Positions 28,512 through 43,337 of a stretch of 64,000 bases of DNA are shown here, one piece after another. The stretch spans positions 64,001 through 128,000 of the forward strand of contig JBHIBG010000002.1 of NCBI GenBank assembly GCA_046758965.1. The letters run 5' to 3'. Position numbers and translations under genes: made by a program. Below the pieces are notes generated by a model. That model was not told the DNA's origin and made no database searches. It saw nothing but the letters and a program-made list of their open reading frames with translations. How positions within the stretch are numbered: position 1 is the stretch's first letter; every line of letters starts with the position of its first letter. The stretch is from Candidatus Methylomirabilia bacterium. GTDB lineage: Bacteria; Methylomirabilota; Methylomirabilia; Rokubacteriales; CSP1-6.

Positions 28512-29159
28512 TCAGATGATTTCCCGAGGCCGCTGGATCATGAGGCGCTCGAGCCGCTCCACCAGAGCCTCCACCTGGGGCATGTTAGGGTTCACGGCCA
28601 GCGCCTGCTGAAAGTGGTCGAGGGCCTGTTCCAGCCGACCGAGGCGGAGGTAGTTCAGGCCGAACCCCGAGAGGGCCCCGAAATGGAGCGGGTTCCGCCT
28701 GATCACCTCCTCGCAGTCCGACAGCGACTTCTCGTACTCGCCGGCCAGGTAGAAGACGGTGGCGCGCTTGTTCCACCCCTCGGCGAAGTCGGGCTTCCTC
28801 TCGATGATCAGCGCGTACGTCTCGATGGCCATCTCGAGGTGGCGCTCATTCATCTGCTTGAGGCCAAGCTGGAAGAGGGCATCCACCTCTGGATCACCTG
28901 AACGGCTCCAGATCTGCCAGAGCGACTGCTCGGCCAGGCCACGGACAACCGAATCGGCATCTCGCAGGGCCTCCACGAGGAGCGGGACGTCCGCCATCCC
29001 GCCGGTTTCCCCTAGCCAGCTGGCCCCCTGTCGGCGCACCTGCACATCGTTCTGGTTCTTGAGCCAGGCGATGGCGTGTTCTCGGGTGAGGGGCGCTTGA
29101 GCCTCTCCAGTTCCAGCCAGGAGCAGCAGGAGCCCTGCGGCGAAGACCTCCCGCCTCAC
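28512..29159 (-). CDS. Secreted HEAT + TPR repeat protein
   Basis: Signal peptide, HEAT-like repeat, PDFAEGWNKRAT, NPLHFGALSG. Confidence 0.8.
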   Translation of the reverse strand: MRREVFAAGLLLLLAGTGEAQAPLTREHAIAWLKNQNDVQVRRQGASWLGETGGMADVPLLVEALRDADSVVRGLAEQSLWQIWSRSGDPEVDALFQLGLKQMNERHLEMAIETYALIIERKPDFAEGWNKRATVFYLAGEYEKSLSDCEEVIRRNPLHFGALSGFGLNYLRLGRLEQALDHFQQALAVNPNMPQVEALVERLERLMIQRPREII

Positions 29160-30139
29160 GGCTTGAAGGCCTCGAGCACGTCGGTGCGGCCGGGGCCGGG
29201 GTTGTCAGCCCCGCCTGGCACGTAGATCCACCCCCCCACGGCCACGGCGCCGATACCGTGGCGCGGTGTGGGCATGGGAGCCTTGGAGGCCCAGCGGTTC
29301 GTGGCGGGGTCGTACATCTCCGTGGCGCTGACGATCCGGAAGGGCAACTCGCCCCCGAAGACAAAGATCCGGCCGGCGAGCGCTACCGCGGCGAGGCCGC
29401 CCCGGGCAAGGGGGAGCGGCGGGCCTGTCCGCCAGCTGTCCGTGGCCGGGTCGTAGATCCCCACATGGTCGTACCTGTCCCCGAAGAAAGACTCCCGACC
29501 CCCGAGGGCGTACACCTTCCCGTCCAGCCCCACGGCTGCCAGGTGGTGGCGGGCCATTGGCATGGAATTGGCCTGGGTCCAGCGGTCAGCCGCGGGGTCG
29601 TAGACCTCGTGCGCATTGAGGGGCTTCGGCCCCCCGCCTCCGAGCACGTGAATCTTGCCGTTCACAACGGCGGCGGCCAGGGCCCCGCGCGCAGTCGGCA
29701 TCGACACCCGCTGCCGCCAGACATTGGTGGCGGGATCATACTCGAAGAGCGTGTCCAGCGGATTCCAGCGGATCCGTCCGGTGAACCCGCCGATCACATA
29801 GATCTTCCCGTTGAGCCCCACGGCAGCGGCGTGGTGCACCGGGATGGGGAGGGGAGCCTTCTCCTCCCAGCTGTTCTTCTTCGGGTCGTAGACCTCCAGA
29901 GTCGCCGTGGGCCTGAATCTCTTGCCGAAGCCGCCGACCACATACACGCGACCCCCGGCCTCAGCAGCGGCAACTTCCTGGCGGGCCGAAGGCATCGAAG
30001 CGAGGGCCATCCAGCTGCCCAGCGCTCCCTCGGGAGTCCCCGCCAGCGTCATCAGGCCGATGCAGCCGCCTAGTCCGGCGACGAGGGCGCCCCCCCAGGC
30101 CACGACCCTCAGCAGCACTCCGCACCTGGCACGCCTCAT
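29156..30139 (-). CDS. Kelch-repeat protein
   Basis: Six GG/YDP/W..MP..R kelch repeats after an N-terminal hydrophobic segment. Confidence 0.9.
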   Translation of the reverse strand: MRRARCGVLLRVVAWGGALVAGLGGCIGLMTLAGTPEGALGSWMALASMPSARQEVAAAEAGGRVYVVGGFGKRFRPTATLEVYDPKKNSWEEKAPLPIPVHHAAAVGLNGKIYVIGGFTGRIRWNPLDTLFEYDPATNVWRQRVSMPTARGALAAAVVNGKIHVLGGGGPKPLNAHEVYDPAADRWTQANSMPMARHHLAAVGLDGKVYALGGRESFFGDRYDHVGIYDPATDSWRTGPPLPLARGGLAAVALAGRIFVFGGELPFRIVSATEMYDPATNRWASKAPMPTPRHGIGAVAVGGWIYVPGGADNPGPGRTDVLEAFKP

Positions 30140-30161
30140 CTGTTGGTCTCGCGAAGGCCGC

Positions 30162-32186
<2,025 letters not shown>

Positions 32187-32228
32187 CTACCAGTGGAACC
32201 CTCCGACGTCAATGCCTGGCTGCCGTTC

Positions 32229-32257
32229 TTGACACCCTCCAGCCCCTCCGATACGAT
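32229..32257 (+). promoter_or_regulatory. Sigma-70-type promoter for the pheT operon
   Basis: TTGACA-17 nt-TACGAT. Confidence 0.7.
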
Positions 32258-32318
32258 GGCCGCGAAAAAGTGGGGAGGTGTCTGCCGAAGACGAGCACGC
32301 CCTGAGAGCGTGACTGCC

Positions 32319-34733
32319 ATGAAGATCTCCTACCGCTGGCTCAAGGAGTACGTCGAGACAGACCTCTCGCCCGAGGCGCTGGCCGATCGCCTGACCAACG
32401 CTGGTATCGAGGTCTCCGAGGTGAGGCCTGTCGTGACCGGGCTCGCCGGCGTGGTGGTGGGAGAGGTCCAGGCCATCGAGAAGGAGCTTGGCGTGACGCC
32501 ATCCGGTCACCGGTTGGTCGTCTGCCGAGTCGCCACCGGGACTCGCCACTTCTCGGTGGTCTGCGGGGCGCCAAACGCGGTCGCGGGGGCCAGGGCCGCC
32601 TTCGCGCCGCCCGGGGCAGAGCTTCCCGGCGGTCGACGGGTCGACGCCGTCACGATCCGCGGCGCTCGCTCCGAGGGGATGCTCTGCTCCGAGCGCGAGC
32701 TGGGCATCGGTGAGGACGCCGAAGGCATCCTCCTGTTTCCCAAGAAGACCCCCGTGGGGACCGACTTGATCTCCTACCTCGGCCTGGAGGACTGGATTCT
32801 GGAGGTGGAGGTGACCCCGAACCGTCCGGACTGCCTCTCCGTGGTGGGCGTAGCCCGGGAGGTGGCGGCTCTGGGCGGGGCGCCATTTCGAGTACCAGCC
32901 GGAGCCGTCAAGGAAGGCGAGACCGATGTGGCCTCCCTGGCCTCCGTGGGGGTGGAGGACCCAGATCTCTGCCCTCGCTACACGGCCCGCGTGATCACCG
33001 GACTGAGCGTCGCCCCGTCTCCGCCGTGGCTGGCCCAGCGGCTTCGGGCCGTGGGGCTCCGCCCGATCAACAACCTGGTGGATGTCACGAACTACGTGCT
33101 CTGGGAGCTGGGCCACCCGCTCCACGCCTTCGACTATGACACACTCGCCGAGCATGCGATCCACGTCCGACGAGCGCGCGCCGGGGAGCGACTGACTACG
33201 CTGGATGGCCAGGAGCGGGCCCTCAGCGACTCCATGCTCCTCATCGCCGACCCGAGCCGTCCGATCGGGCTCGCGGGCATTATGGGGGGCGCCAACACGG
33301 AAGTCTCCGGAGGCACGAGGACGGTGCTCCTGGAAAGCGCCTACTTCCAGCCCGTCGCCATCCGGCGGACCGCCCGGGCGCTCGGGCTGACCACGGAGGC
33401 CGCGTACCGTTTCGAGCGCGGCGCCGACATCGAAGGGCTGCGGGATGCGCTGGACCGGGCCGCCCAGCTGATGGCCGAGCTGGGCGGGGGCGCGGTGGCC
33501 AAGGGGGTGTTGGATGTCTACCCCGCTCCCCGCGCCCTCCCGAGGATTGCCCTCCGCTTGGGCCGGATCGAGCGCGTGATCGGGAGCGCGCCCCCACGCA
33601 GTGAGGTGATCCGCATCCTCCAGGGGCTCGGCTTTGCCGTCGACGATCACAGGCCGGAGCTCCAGGTGACGGTGCCGAGCGTCCGGCGCGACATCACGCT
33701 CGAAGACGACCTGGTGGAGGAGGTGATTCGGATCTGGGGATACGCCGAGATCCCCTCAACGCTCCCGGAGGCGCGCCTCTCCCCGGTCCGGCGCCCCCCG
33801 ACCCTCGGCCAGCTGGCCCGGGTCCGCCACGCGCTGGCAGGCACCGGCTTCACCGAGGTCATCACCTACAGCTTCGTGGATCCCGAGCGACTCGAGCTCC
33901 TCGGCTGGGATCCGGCGTCGCCCGAACTCCTCATGCTGAGAAACCCGCTCTCACGGGAGCGCGCCGTGCTCCGCCCCACTCTGGTGGCCGGGCTCCTCGA
34001 GCTGGTCGCCGCTAACCTCCGCTATCAAAGCCCGGAGGTGCGCTGCTTCGAGGTTGGCCGCGTCTTCCATGCTGGCGGTCCTGAAGGACTTGCCCGGGAG
34101 GAGCTCAGGGTCGGGATCGCCCTCACCGGGGCACGCGCGCCCCGTGCCTGGCACGCCAGACGGGATCGGGTCGATCTCTACGACGCCAAAGGCGCCGCCG
34201 AGCATCTCCTGATGACCCTCGGGGGCGCGGAGCCGGAGACGCGCGCCGCCGAGATGCCCTTCCTCGAACCTGGCCGGAGCGCTGAGCTTCTCCTGGCCGG
34301 CGAGCCTGTGGGGTGGTTCGGTGAGGTGGCGCTGCCCGTTCGCGAGGCCTTCGACCTCCCCGGCCCCGTGTTCATAGCCGACCTGAACCTAGACCGGCTC
34401 AGGGGGCTCTCCCGCCAACCGCGGCGCTACGAGCCGCTTCCGCGATTTCCGGCCGTCCAGCGCGACCTGGCCCTGGTCGTGAGCGAGACAGTGACGGCAG
34501 CGGAGGTGACGCGGGCCCTCGAGGCGCTCCGCGAACCGCTCCTCCGCCGCGTGACGCTCTTCGACGTGTACACCGGCGACCAGGTGGAGCCGGGGCGGAA
34601 GAGCCTCGCCTATTCCCTCCTCTATCAGGCCGAGGACCGCACCCTCACTGACGAGGAGGTGAACGCGCTCCACGCCGGGATCGTGGAGGGGCTCCGCCGC
34701 CGCTTTGCCGCCGAGCTTCGCGGGGGGACCTGA
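32319..34733 (+). CDS. pheT: Phenylalanine--tRNA ligase beta subunit
   Basis: MKISYRWLKEYV, VCGAPN, SEGMLCS, TPNRPDCLS, RFERG, RFPAVQRDLA, FDX-ACB tail. Confidence 0.97.
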   Translation: MKISYRWLKEYVETDLSPEALADRLTNAGIEVSEVRPVVTGLAGVVVGEVQAIEKELGVTPSGHRLVVCRVATGTRHFSVVCGAPNAVAGARAAFAPPGAELPGGRRVDAVTIRGARSEGMLCSERELGIGEDAEGILLFPKKTPVGTDLISYLGLEDWILEVEVTPNRPDCLSVVGVAREVAALGGAPFRVPAGAVKEGETDVASLASVGVEDPDLCPRYTARVITGLSVAPSPPWLAQRLRAVGLRPINNLVDVTNYVLWELGHPLHAFDYDTLAEHAIHVRRARAGERLTTLDGQERALSDSMLLIADPSRPIGLAGIMGGANTEVSGGTRTVLLESAYFQPVAIRRTARALGLTTEAAYRFERGADIEGLRDALDRAAQLMAELGGGAVAKGVLDVYPAPRALPRIALRLGRIERVIGSAPPRSEVIRILQGLGFAVDDHRPELQVTVPSVRRDITLEDDLVEEVIRIWGYAEIPSTLPEARLSPVRRPPTLGQLARVRHALAGTGFTEVITYSFVDPERLELLGWDPASPELLMLRNPLSRERAVLRPTLVAGLLELVAANLRYQSPEVRCFEVGRVFHAGGPEGLAREELRVGIALTGARAPRAWHARRDRVDLYDAKGAAEHLLMTLGGAEPETRAAEMPFLEPGRSAELLLAGEPVGWFGEVALPVREAFDLPGPVFIADLNLDRLRGLSRQPRRYEPLPRFPAVQRDLALVVSETVTAAEVTRALEALREPLLRRVTLFDVYTGDQVEPGRKSLAYSLLYQAEDRTLTDEEVNALHAGIVEGLRRRFAAELRGGT

Positions 34734-35020
34734 TGGCCGAGAGACTTGCCGAGCGCCTGGACCAGCTCGAGCAGGCGGTCCGCCGGGCCGCGGAGGCGAT
34801 CACCCGGCTCAGGGCCGAGCGGACCCACTCCCAGACCGAGCGGGCCGCCCTTGAGCAGCGACTGGCGGCCCAGGCCCAGGAGCTGGGGACGCTGCGCGCG
34901 CAGCTCTCTCAGCTCGAGGGGGGGCAGGAGGAGCTGTCCCGCCTTCGGCGGGAGCGCAACGAGGTTCTCTCTCGGGTCGAGGGCATCCTGAAGGAGCTGG
35001 AGAGGCTAGACCTCACATGA
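34733..35020 (+). CDS. Coiled-coil ZapB-like cell-division protein
   Basis: All-helical heptad protein between pheT and zapA. Confidence 0.6.
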   Translation: MAERLAERLDQLEQAVRRAAEAITRLRAERTHSQTERAALEQRLAAQAQELGTLRAQLSQLEGGQEELSRLRRERNEVLSRVEGILKELERLDLT

Positions 35021-35319
35021 AGAAGTTCACCCGCATCGATATTGAGCTCCTGGGGCAGCGTTTCACGCTCACGAGCGAGGCGCCGCCCGAGTACGTCCAC
35101 CGGCTGGTCGCCCATGTGGATCGAACAGTCAAGGAGCTCGCGGCTGAGGAGACCCAGGACCCCGTGAAGCGCACCATCCTCGCCGCCCTCTACATTGCGG
35201 ACGAGCTCTTTCGCGCCCGTGAGGCCCAGAGCCAGGAGGCGGAGGACGCGGCCAAGCGGGTAGGGGTCCTCATTCAGCTCCTCGATATCGTGGCCCCACC
35301 GGCTCCACTTTCCTCTTGA
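35017..35319 (+). CDS. zapA: Cell-division protein ZapA
   Basis: IELLGQRF, VAHVD, ILAALYIADELF; conserved context. Confidence 0.85.
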   Translation: MKKFTRIDIELLGQRFTLTSEAPPEYVHRLVAHVDRTVKELAAEETQDPVKRTILAALYIADELFRAREAQSQEAEDAAKRVGVLIQLLDIVAPPAPLSS

Positions 35320-35368
35320 CGAGCCCCGCCGGCTTCGGTAAGAGAGAAGGGGGAAGCCAGCGTTTACT

Positions 35369-35547
35369 TTCCCTGCGCTGTGCGTGATGCCGGGGGGAAG
35401 TTTCAACCCAATTTTATGTCGGGGAGCTTGACTGTGAGGGTGGTGAGCAAGCCCCTCCGAGAAGGGGAAGCCTAAAGCCTTCCTATATAGCACCCACCTG
35501 GCGAGTCCAGGTTCGAAACACCACCGGCACACGGCAGAGGCGGGGAA
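35369..35547 (+). ncRNA. ssrS: 6S RNA
   Basis: About 180 nt between zapA and rny; ends pair (TTCCCTGCGCTGTGCGTG..GCCGG with CCGGCACACGGCAG..GGGGAA); canonical synteny. Confidence 0.8.
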
Positions 35548-35732
35548 TACCCAGGGACGGCGGGCTTGGACAGCCCGCCGTCTTGCTCCCTTTACCCCCA
35601 TCGCATTTCTTGACTCGGCCCTTTCCCGTGCACTATAATTTGTCAAATTCTGCAACTATTTGACGGCAAAAGACTATAAGAGGCAGACGATGATACTCAG
35701 AGGGCGCCGAACAGCCCTTTTCGGAGACGACG

Positions 35733-37298
35733 ATGGCCATAACGCCTGTTTACTGGTATTGGATCCTCCCGCTGCTGGGGATTTCGCTTCTGATCGGGTA
35801 CTTCCTCCACAAGCTTTCCACCGACCGGGCCAACCGGGAGGCCGGGGCCCGGGCCAAACGAATTGTCGAGGAGGCCGAGCGGGACGCTGAAGCCCGGCGC
35901 AAAGACGCCGCTCTCGAGGCCAAAGAGCTCCTGCTGCGGGCTCGCACCGAGTCGGAACACGAGAGCCGGGAGCGACAACGCGAAGTCCAGCAGACAGAAC
36001 GGCGCGCCCTTCAGAAGGAAGAACAGCTCGGCCGGCGCTTAGACCAGCTCGATCGGCGCGAGAGGGAGTCTCAACTCAAGGAGCGGGAGCTTGCCTCCCG
36101 CGAGCGAGAGCTCCAGGAGCTGAAGGTTTCGCTGGCTACGGCGCTCGACGAGCAGCGCCAGAAGCTGGAGCGGATCTCGGGTTTCACCGCCGAGGAGGCC
36201 AAGCGCCAGCTCCTGAGCCAGATGGAGGAGGAGGCCCGCCGAGAGGCCACACTCCTCGCCATGCGCATCGAGGAAGAGGCTCGGGAGACGGCTCACCACA
36301 AGGCCAGGGACATCCTCGCCACGACTATCCAGCGGCTCGCCCCCGACTTCACGGTGGAGACCGCAATCTCCATCCTGGATCTCCCATCGGACGACATGAA
36401 AGGGCGGATTATCGGCCGCGAGGGGCGGAACATCCGCGCCCTCGAGCTGGCCACGGGGGTGGATATCATCGTCGACGACACGCCGGAAGCGGTGACGATC
36501 TCCGCCTACGACCCCCTCCGTCGCGAGGTCGCGCGTCAGGCCCTCCAGCGCCTCGTGGCCGATGGGCGCATTCACCCCGCGCGAATCGAGGAGGTGGTGG
36601 AGAAGGTCAAGAAGGAGATGGAGCAGCACCTCAGGGAGGAAGGGGAGAAAGCCTGCTTCGAGACGGGGGTCCACGGGCTCCATCCGGAGCTCGTGCGGCT
36701 GGTCGGGCGGCTCAAGTACAGGACCTCGTACGGCCAGAACTGCCTCCAGCACTCGAAGGAGGTGGTCTGGCTGGCCGGCATGCTGGCCGCGGAGGTCAAG
36801 GCTGACCAGCGACTGGCGAAGCGGATGGGACTCCTCCACGACATCGGCAAGGCGCTGACTCACGAGCAGGACGGAAGCCACCCCGAGCTGTCCCACCAGG
36901 TGCTTGTCAAGTACGGGGAGTCGCCCGCGGTGATCAATGCCGCCCTCTGCGGCCACGAGAACGTCGAGCCCGCGACGGTGGAAGCCGTGCTCGTGGAAGC
37001 CGCCGATGCCATCTCAGCCGCGCGCCCGGGAGCCCGGCGGGATGTGCTGGAGTCGTACATCAAGCGGCTCACCAAGCTGGAATCGATCGCCGCCTCCCAC
37101 AAGGGTGTGGACGTGGCGTACGCGATCCAGGCCGGGCGGGAGCTTCGGATCGTGGTGAAGTCGGACGTGGTTTCTGACCTGGAGGCCCACCAGCTGGCCA
37201 AGGAGGTCTCGAAGCGCATCGAGAGCGAGATGCAATACCCCGGCCACATCAAGGTGACGGTGATCCGCGAGACCCGGGCCGTGGAGATCGCACGGTGA
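35733..37298 (+). CDS. rny: Ribonuclease Y
   Basis: N-terminal TM segment, coiled coil, KH (MKGRIIGREGRNIR), HD domain (LLHDIGK). Confidence 0.96.
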   Translation: MAITPVYWYWILPLLGISLLIGYFLHKLSTDRANREAGARAKRIVEEAERDAEARRKDAALEAKELLLRARTESEHESRERQREVQQTERRALQKEEQLGRRLDQLDRRERESQLKERELASRERELQELKVSLATALDEQRQKLERISGFTAEEAKRQLLSQMEEEARREATLLAMRIEEEARETAHHKARDILATTIQRLAPDFTVETAISILDLPSDDMKGRIIGREGRNIRALELATGVDIIVDDTPEAVTISAYDPLRREVARQALQRLVADGRIHPARIEEVVEKVKKEMEQHLREEGEKACFETGVHGLHPELVRLVGRLKYRTSYGQNCLQHSKEVVWLAGMLAAEVKADQRLAKRMGLLHDIGKALTHEQDGSHPELSHQVLVKYGESPAVINAALCGHENVEPATVEAVLVEAADAISAARPGARRDVLESYIKRLTKLESIAASHKGVDVAYAIQAGRELRIVVKSDVVSDLEAHQLAKEVSKRIESEMQYPGHIKVTVIRETRAVEIAR

Positions 37299-38089
37299 GC
37301 AAGCCTCTCACCGTCCTGGCCGTGGGGGACGTGTTCGGAGAGCCCGGTCGGAAGGCCCTGGCCGTTCTCCTACCCCGTCTCAAGCGCGAGCATCAGGTGG
37401 ATTGCTGCATCGCCAACGTCGAGAATGCTGCAGCCGGGCACGGGATCACCCCGCAGATCGCCAAGAGCTTCCTCGACGGGGGCGTCGACGTCATGACCTC
37501 GGGGAATCACATCTGGGACCGGAGGGAGATCATCGAGTACATCGCCCGGGAGAACCTGCTGCTCCGCCCCGCCAACTACCCGCCGGGGACCCCGGGGGTG
37601 GGGGCTATCGTGGTCAAGGCCGGGGTCCACAAGGTCGGCGTCCTGAACCTCATGGGCCGGGTCTTTTTGCCGACCATTGACTGCCCGTTCCGAAAGGCCG
37701 ACGAAGCCCTCCCGGAGCTGCGCGGGGAGGCCCCGGTGATCATCGTGGACATGCATGGCGAGGCGACCTCGGAGAAGCAAGCCATGGGGTGGTACCTCGA
37801 CGGTCGCGTCAGCGCCGTGCTCGGCACCCACTCCCATGTCCAGACCGCTGATGAGCGGATCCTACCCGGAGGCACCGCTTACCTCACCGACCTGGGCCTG
37901 ACCGGGCCTCTGGAGTCGGTCATCGGGGTGGCGCGCGAGCAGGCGATCGAGCGCTTCCTCACGGGGATGCCCAATCGCTTCGAGCCGGCCAAGGGCGCAG
38001 CGCAGCTTTCGGGGGCGGTGGTCCGGATCGATCCTGAGAGCGGGAAAGCCCTCGAGATCCTGCGCCTTCAGCTGTCGCTCCCGGCCTGA
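37295..38089 (+). CDS. ymdB: YmdB-family metallophosphoesterase (TIGR00282)
   Basis: GDVFGEPGR, NVENAA, TSGNHIWD, HGEATSEK, GTHSHVQTAD. Confidence 0.92.
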   Translation: MSKPLTVLAVGDVFGEPGRKALAVLLPRLKREHQVDCCIANVENAAAGHGITPQIAKSFLDGGVDVMTSGNHIWDRREIIEYIARENLLLRPANYPPGTPGVGAIVVKAGVHKVGVLNLMGRVFLPTIDCPFRKADEALPELRGEAPVIIVDMHGEATSEKQAMGWYLDGRVSAVLGTHSHVQTADERILPGGTAYLTDLGLTGPLESVIGVAREQAIERFLTGMPNRFEPAKGAAQLSGAVVRIDPESGKALEILRLQLSLPA

Positions 38090-38167
38090 GGCGAGGAGTC
38101 CGAGGCGCGATCGGGGGCGAAGCTGCCCCCATTTTCATTTCGCTGGCAGGCGAGAGCTCGGAGGGGT

Positions 38168-39034
38168 ATGGCCAAGATCCTCGAGGGTAAGCCCGCAGCG
38201 CACAAGGTGCTGGAGGCGGTCCGACGTGGCGTGGCCGGCCTACGGGACCGGACCGGCGGGGTGCCCAGCCTGGCGGTGGTCCTGGTGGGTGACTTCGGGC
38301 CGTCCAAGATCTATGTCAACACCAAGAAAAAGATGGCCGCCGAGGTGGGCATCACCTCGCAGGATCACCTCCACCCCGACGGGCTGTCCGAGAGCGCGCT
38401 CCTGGACCTCCTGAGGCGCCTCAACAACGACCCGGCGGTCCACGGCATCCTGCTCCAGCTCCCGCTCCCTCAGGGCCTCGACGAGGACCGCGCTCTCACC
38501 GCCATCGCGCCGGAAAAGGATGTGGACGGCTTTCATCCGATGAACCTGGGGGCGCTCCTGGCGGGGCGGCCCCGGGTTCTGCCCTGCACGCCGGCTGGCA
38601 TCCTCGAGATCCTCGATCACTACGGAGCCGAGCTCAAAGGGGCCGAGGCCGTGGTGGTGGGGCGGTCGCGGATCGTTGGCAAGCCCTTAGCTCACCTCCT
38701 CCTTGCCCGTCACGCCACGGTGACGATATGCCACACGCGCACGCGCGACCTCGCGGCCCACACCCGAGGCGCTGACCTCCTCTGCGTGGCCGCGGGCCGG
38801 GCCGGGGTCGTCACCGGAGCCATGATCAAGGAGGGCGCCTGGGTCGTCGACGTGGGGATCAACCGTCTCCCGGACGGAAGGCTGGTCGGCGATGTGGAGT
38901 TCGAAACGGCAAGCCAAACGGCGGGCGCCATCACCCCGGTGCCGGGGGGCGTCGGGCCCATGACCGTGGCCATGCTGCTGAAGAACACCCTCCTGACTGC
39001 CCGGCGCCAGCTCGGGGTTCCTCCCGATGCGTGA
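38168..39034 (+). CDS. folD: Methylenetetrahydrofolate dehydrogenase/cyclohydrolase
   Basis: ILLQLPLP, KDVDGFHP, PCTPAG, TPVPGGVGPMT. Confidence 0.96.
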   Translation: MAKILEGKPAAHKVLEAVRRGVAGLRDRTGGVPSLAVVLVGDFGPSKIYVNTKKKMAAEVGITSQDHLHPDGLSESALLDLLRRLNNDPAVHGILLQLPLPQGLDEDRALTAIAPEKDVDGFHPMNLGALLAGRPRVLPCTPAGILEILDHYGAELKGAEAVVVGRSRIVGKPLAHLLLARHATVTICHTRTRDLAAHTRGADLLCVAAGRAGVVTGAMIKEGAWVVDVGINRLPDGRLVGDVEFETASQTAGAITPVPGGVGPMTVAMLLKNTLLTARRQLGVPPDA

Positions 39035-40391
39035 GCCGACCTTCGCGGAGGCCGGGCGGCGGGTCTGGAGCGTCTCCGAGCTGACGGCCCGGATCAAGGA
39101 GCTGCTCGAAGAGCGCTTCCTCGGCTTGTGGGTGGAGGGGGAGATCTCGAACCTCCGCATCCCCTCCTCCGGTCACGCCTACTTCACCCTCAAGGACGAA
39201 GCCGCGCAGCTCCGGGCCGTGCTCTTCCGCAACCGGGGCCGGCGACTCCGCTTCGCATTGGAGGACGGGCTACAGGTCATGGCCTTTGGAAGTCTGGAGG
39301 TCTACGCGGCCAGGGGCGAGTACCAGCTCGTCGTGGAGCTTCTGGAGCCCAAAGGGCTGGGGGCCCTTCAGCTCGCCTTCGAGCAGCTCAAGGCACGGCT
39401 TCTCGCCGAGGGCCTGTTCGACGAGGCTCGCAAGCGCTCGCTGCCGCGGGTTCCCCGCAAGATCGGGATCGTGACCTCTCCGACAGGCGCGGCGCTCCGA
39501 GATATCCTGAAGATCCTCTCGCGCCGGTTCGCCGACCTCCACATCCTGATCGCCCCCGTGCGCGTTCAGGGCGAGGAGGCGCCGGGCGAGATCGTCCAGG
39601 CGCTCCACGACCTGAACCTGGTGGAGGATCTCGACGCGCTCATCGTCGCCCGGGGCGGGGGCTCTCTCGAAGATCTCTGGGCGTTCAACGACGAGGCCGT
39701 CGCCCGTGCGATCGCCGCCGCCAAGGTCCCCGTGATCTCCGCGGTAGGCCACGAGACCGACGTCACCATCGCCGACTTCGTCGCCGACCTTCGGGCTCCG
39801 ACACCGTCCGGAGCCGCCGAGCTTGTGGTCGAAGAGAAGGCCCGGGTGATCGCCGAGCTCGGAGCCCTCACCACCCGCCTCACCCGGGCGCTCAGACAAC
39901 GCCTCGACCGACACCGCTCCATGGTGGAGCTGCTGGCGCGGCGGCGCGTGCTCACCGACCCGGCCCGACCGATCCGGGACCTCCAGCGCCGGCTCGATGA
40001 CCTCACCCTTCGACTCGGCTCGGGGCTCAACGCCACGCGCGCCCGCAGGCGCCAGCGCTTCCTGCTCGCTGCGAGCGCCTTGCGATCCCGGACACCCCTG
40101 GCTTTCGTTGCCGCGAGCACTCGGCAGCTGGCCGAACTCGATAGGCGGCTTCATGCCGGGATGGCTCACGCCGTCGAGCGAACGCGCCATCGCCTGACCA
40201 CGGCAGCGGGCCAGCTCGACAGTCTCTCCCCACTTTCCGTGCTCCGGCGAGGTTACAGCGTCGCGCGGCTGCCATCGGGAGAGATCGTCAGATCGGGGCG
40301 CCAGGTGGAGCCGGGCCAGACCGTCGACGTGCTCCTCCACGAGGGGAGGCTGGACTGCCGGGTGGAGGCTATCAGGGAGGGCCATGACTGA
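39027..40391 (+). CDS. xseA: Exodeoxyribonuclease VII large subunit
   Basis: VEGEISN, SGHAYFTLKD, RGGGSLEDL, VGHETD, APTPSGAAE. Confidence 0.96.
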   Translation: MREPTFAEAGRRVWSVSELTARIKELLEERFLGLWVEGEISNLRIPSSGHAYFTLKDEAAQLRAVLFRNRGRRLRFALEDGLQVMAFGSLEVYAARGEYQLVVELLEPKGLGALQLAFEQLKARLLAEGLFDEARKRSLPRVPRKIGIVTSPTGAALRDILKILSRRFADLHILIAPVRVQGEEAPGEIVQALHDLNLVEDLDALIVARGGGSLEDLWAFNDEAVARAIAAAKVPVISAVGHETDVTIADFVADLRAPTPSGAAELVVEEKARVIAELGALTTRLTRALRQRLDRHRSMVELLARRRVLTDPARPIRDLQRRLDDLTLRLGSGLNATRARRRQRFLLAASALRSRTPLAFVAASTRQLAELDRRLHAGMAHAVERTRHRLTTAAGQLDSLSPLSVLRRGYSVARLPSGEIVRSGRQVEPGQTVDVLLHEGRLDCRVEAIREGHD

Positions 40392-40622
40392 ACTCAAGTT
40401 TGAAGATGCGCTGGCCCGCCTGGAGCAGATCGTCCACACCCTGGAGGCCGGCAATCTCCCGCTGGAGGAGGCTCTGAAGGCCTTCGAAGAGGGGATCGCG
40501 CTGGCCCGCCACTGCGCCAAATACCTCGAAGAGGCCGAGCGACGGCTCGAGCGCCTCACCAAGGATGAATCCGGTCTTCTCAAGACCGAGCCCTTCGGCT
40601 TGGAGGAGACGGAGGCCGGGAA

Positions 40623-40626
<4 letters not shown>
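40384..40626 (+). CDS. xseB: Exodeoxyribonuclease VII small subunit
   Basis: FEDALARLEQIV..LE.G.LPLEE. Confidence 0.95.
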
Positions 40627-43139
<2,513 letters not shown>

Positions 43140-43218
43140 ATCCGGGGTTGCTCTGACGGGCAGGCTTTCAGAGAGAGTTGACAGGCCCGACACTGGTGCG
43201 GTACAAGAGAGAGGTCAC

Positions 43219-43295
<77 letters not shown>

Positions 43296-43302
43296 AAAGA
43301 AT

Positions 43303-43337
43303 TAAGGGGTTAGCCGATATCATCGGTTGACCCCTTA
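43303..43337 (+). terminator. Hairpin after the tRNA
   Basis: TAAGGGGTTAGCCGAT-ATC-ATCGGTTGACCCCTTA inverted repeat. Confidence 0.6.

Noticed and set aside
32187..33650. 487-aa minus-strand ORF
   Set aside because: Antisense shadow of pheT.
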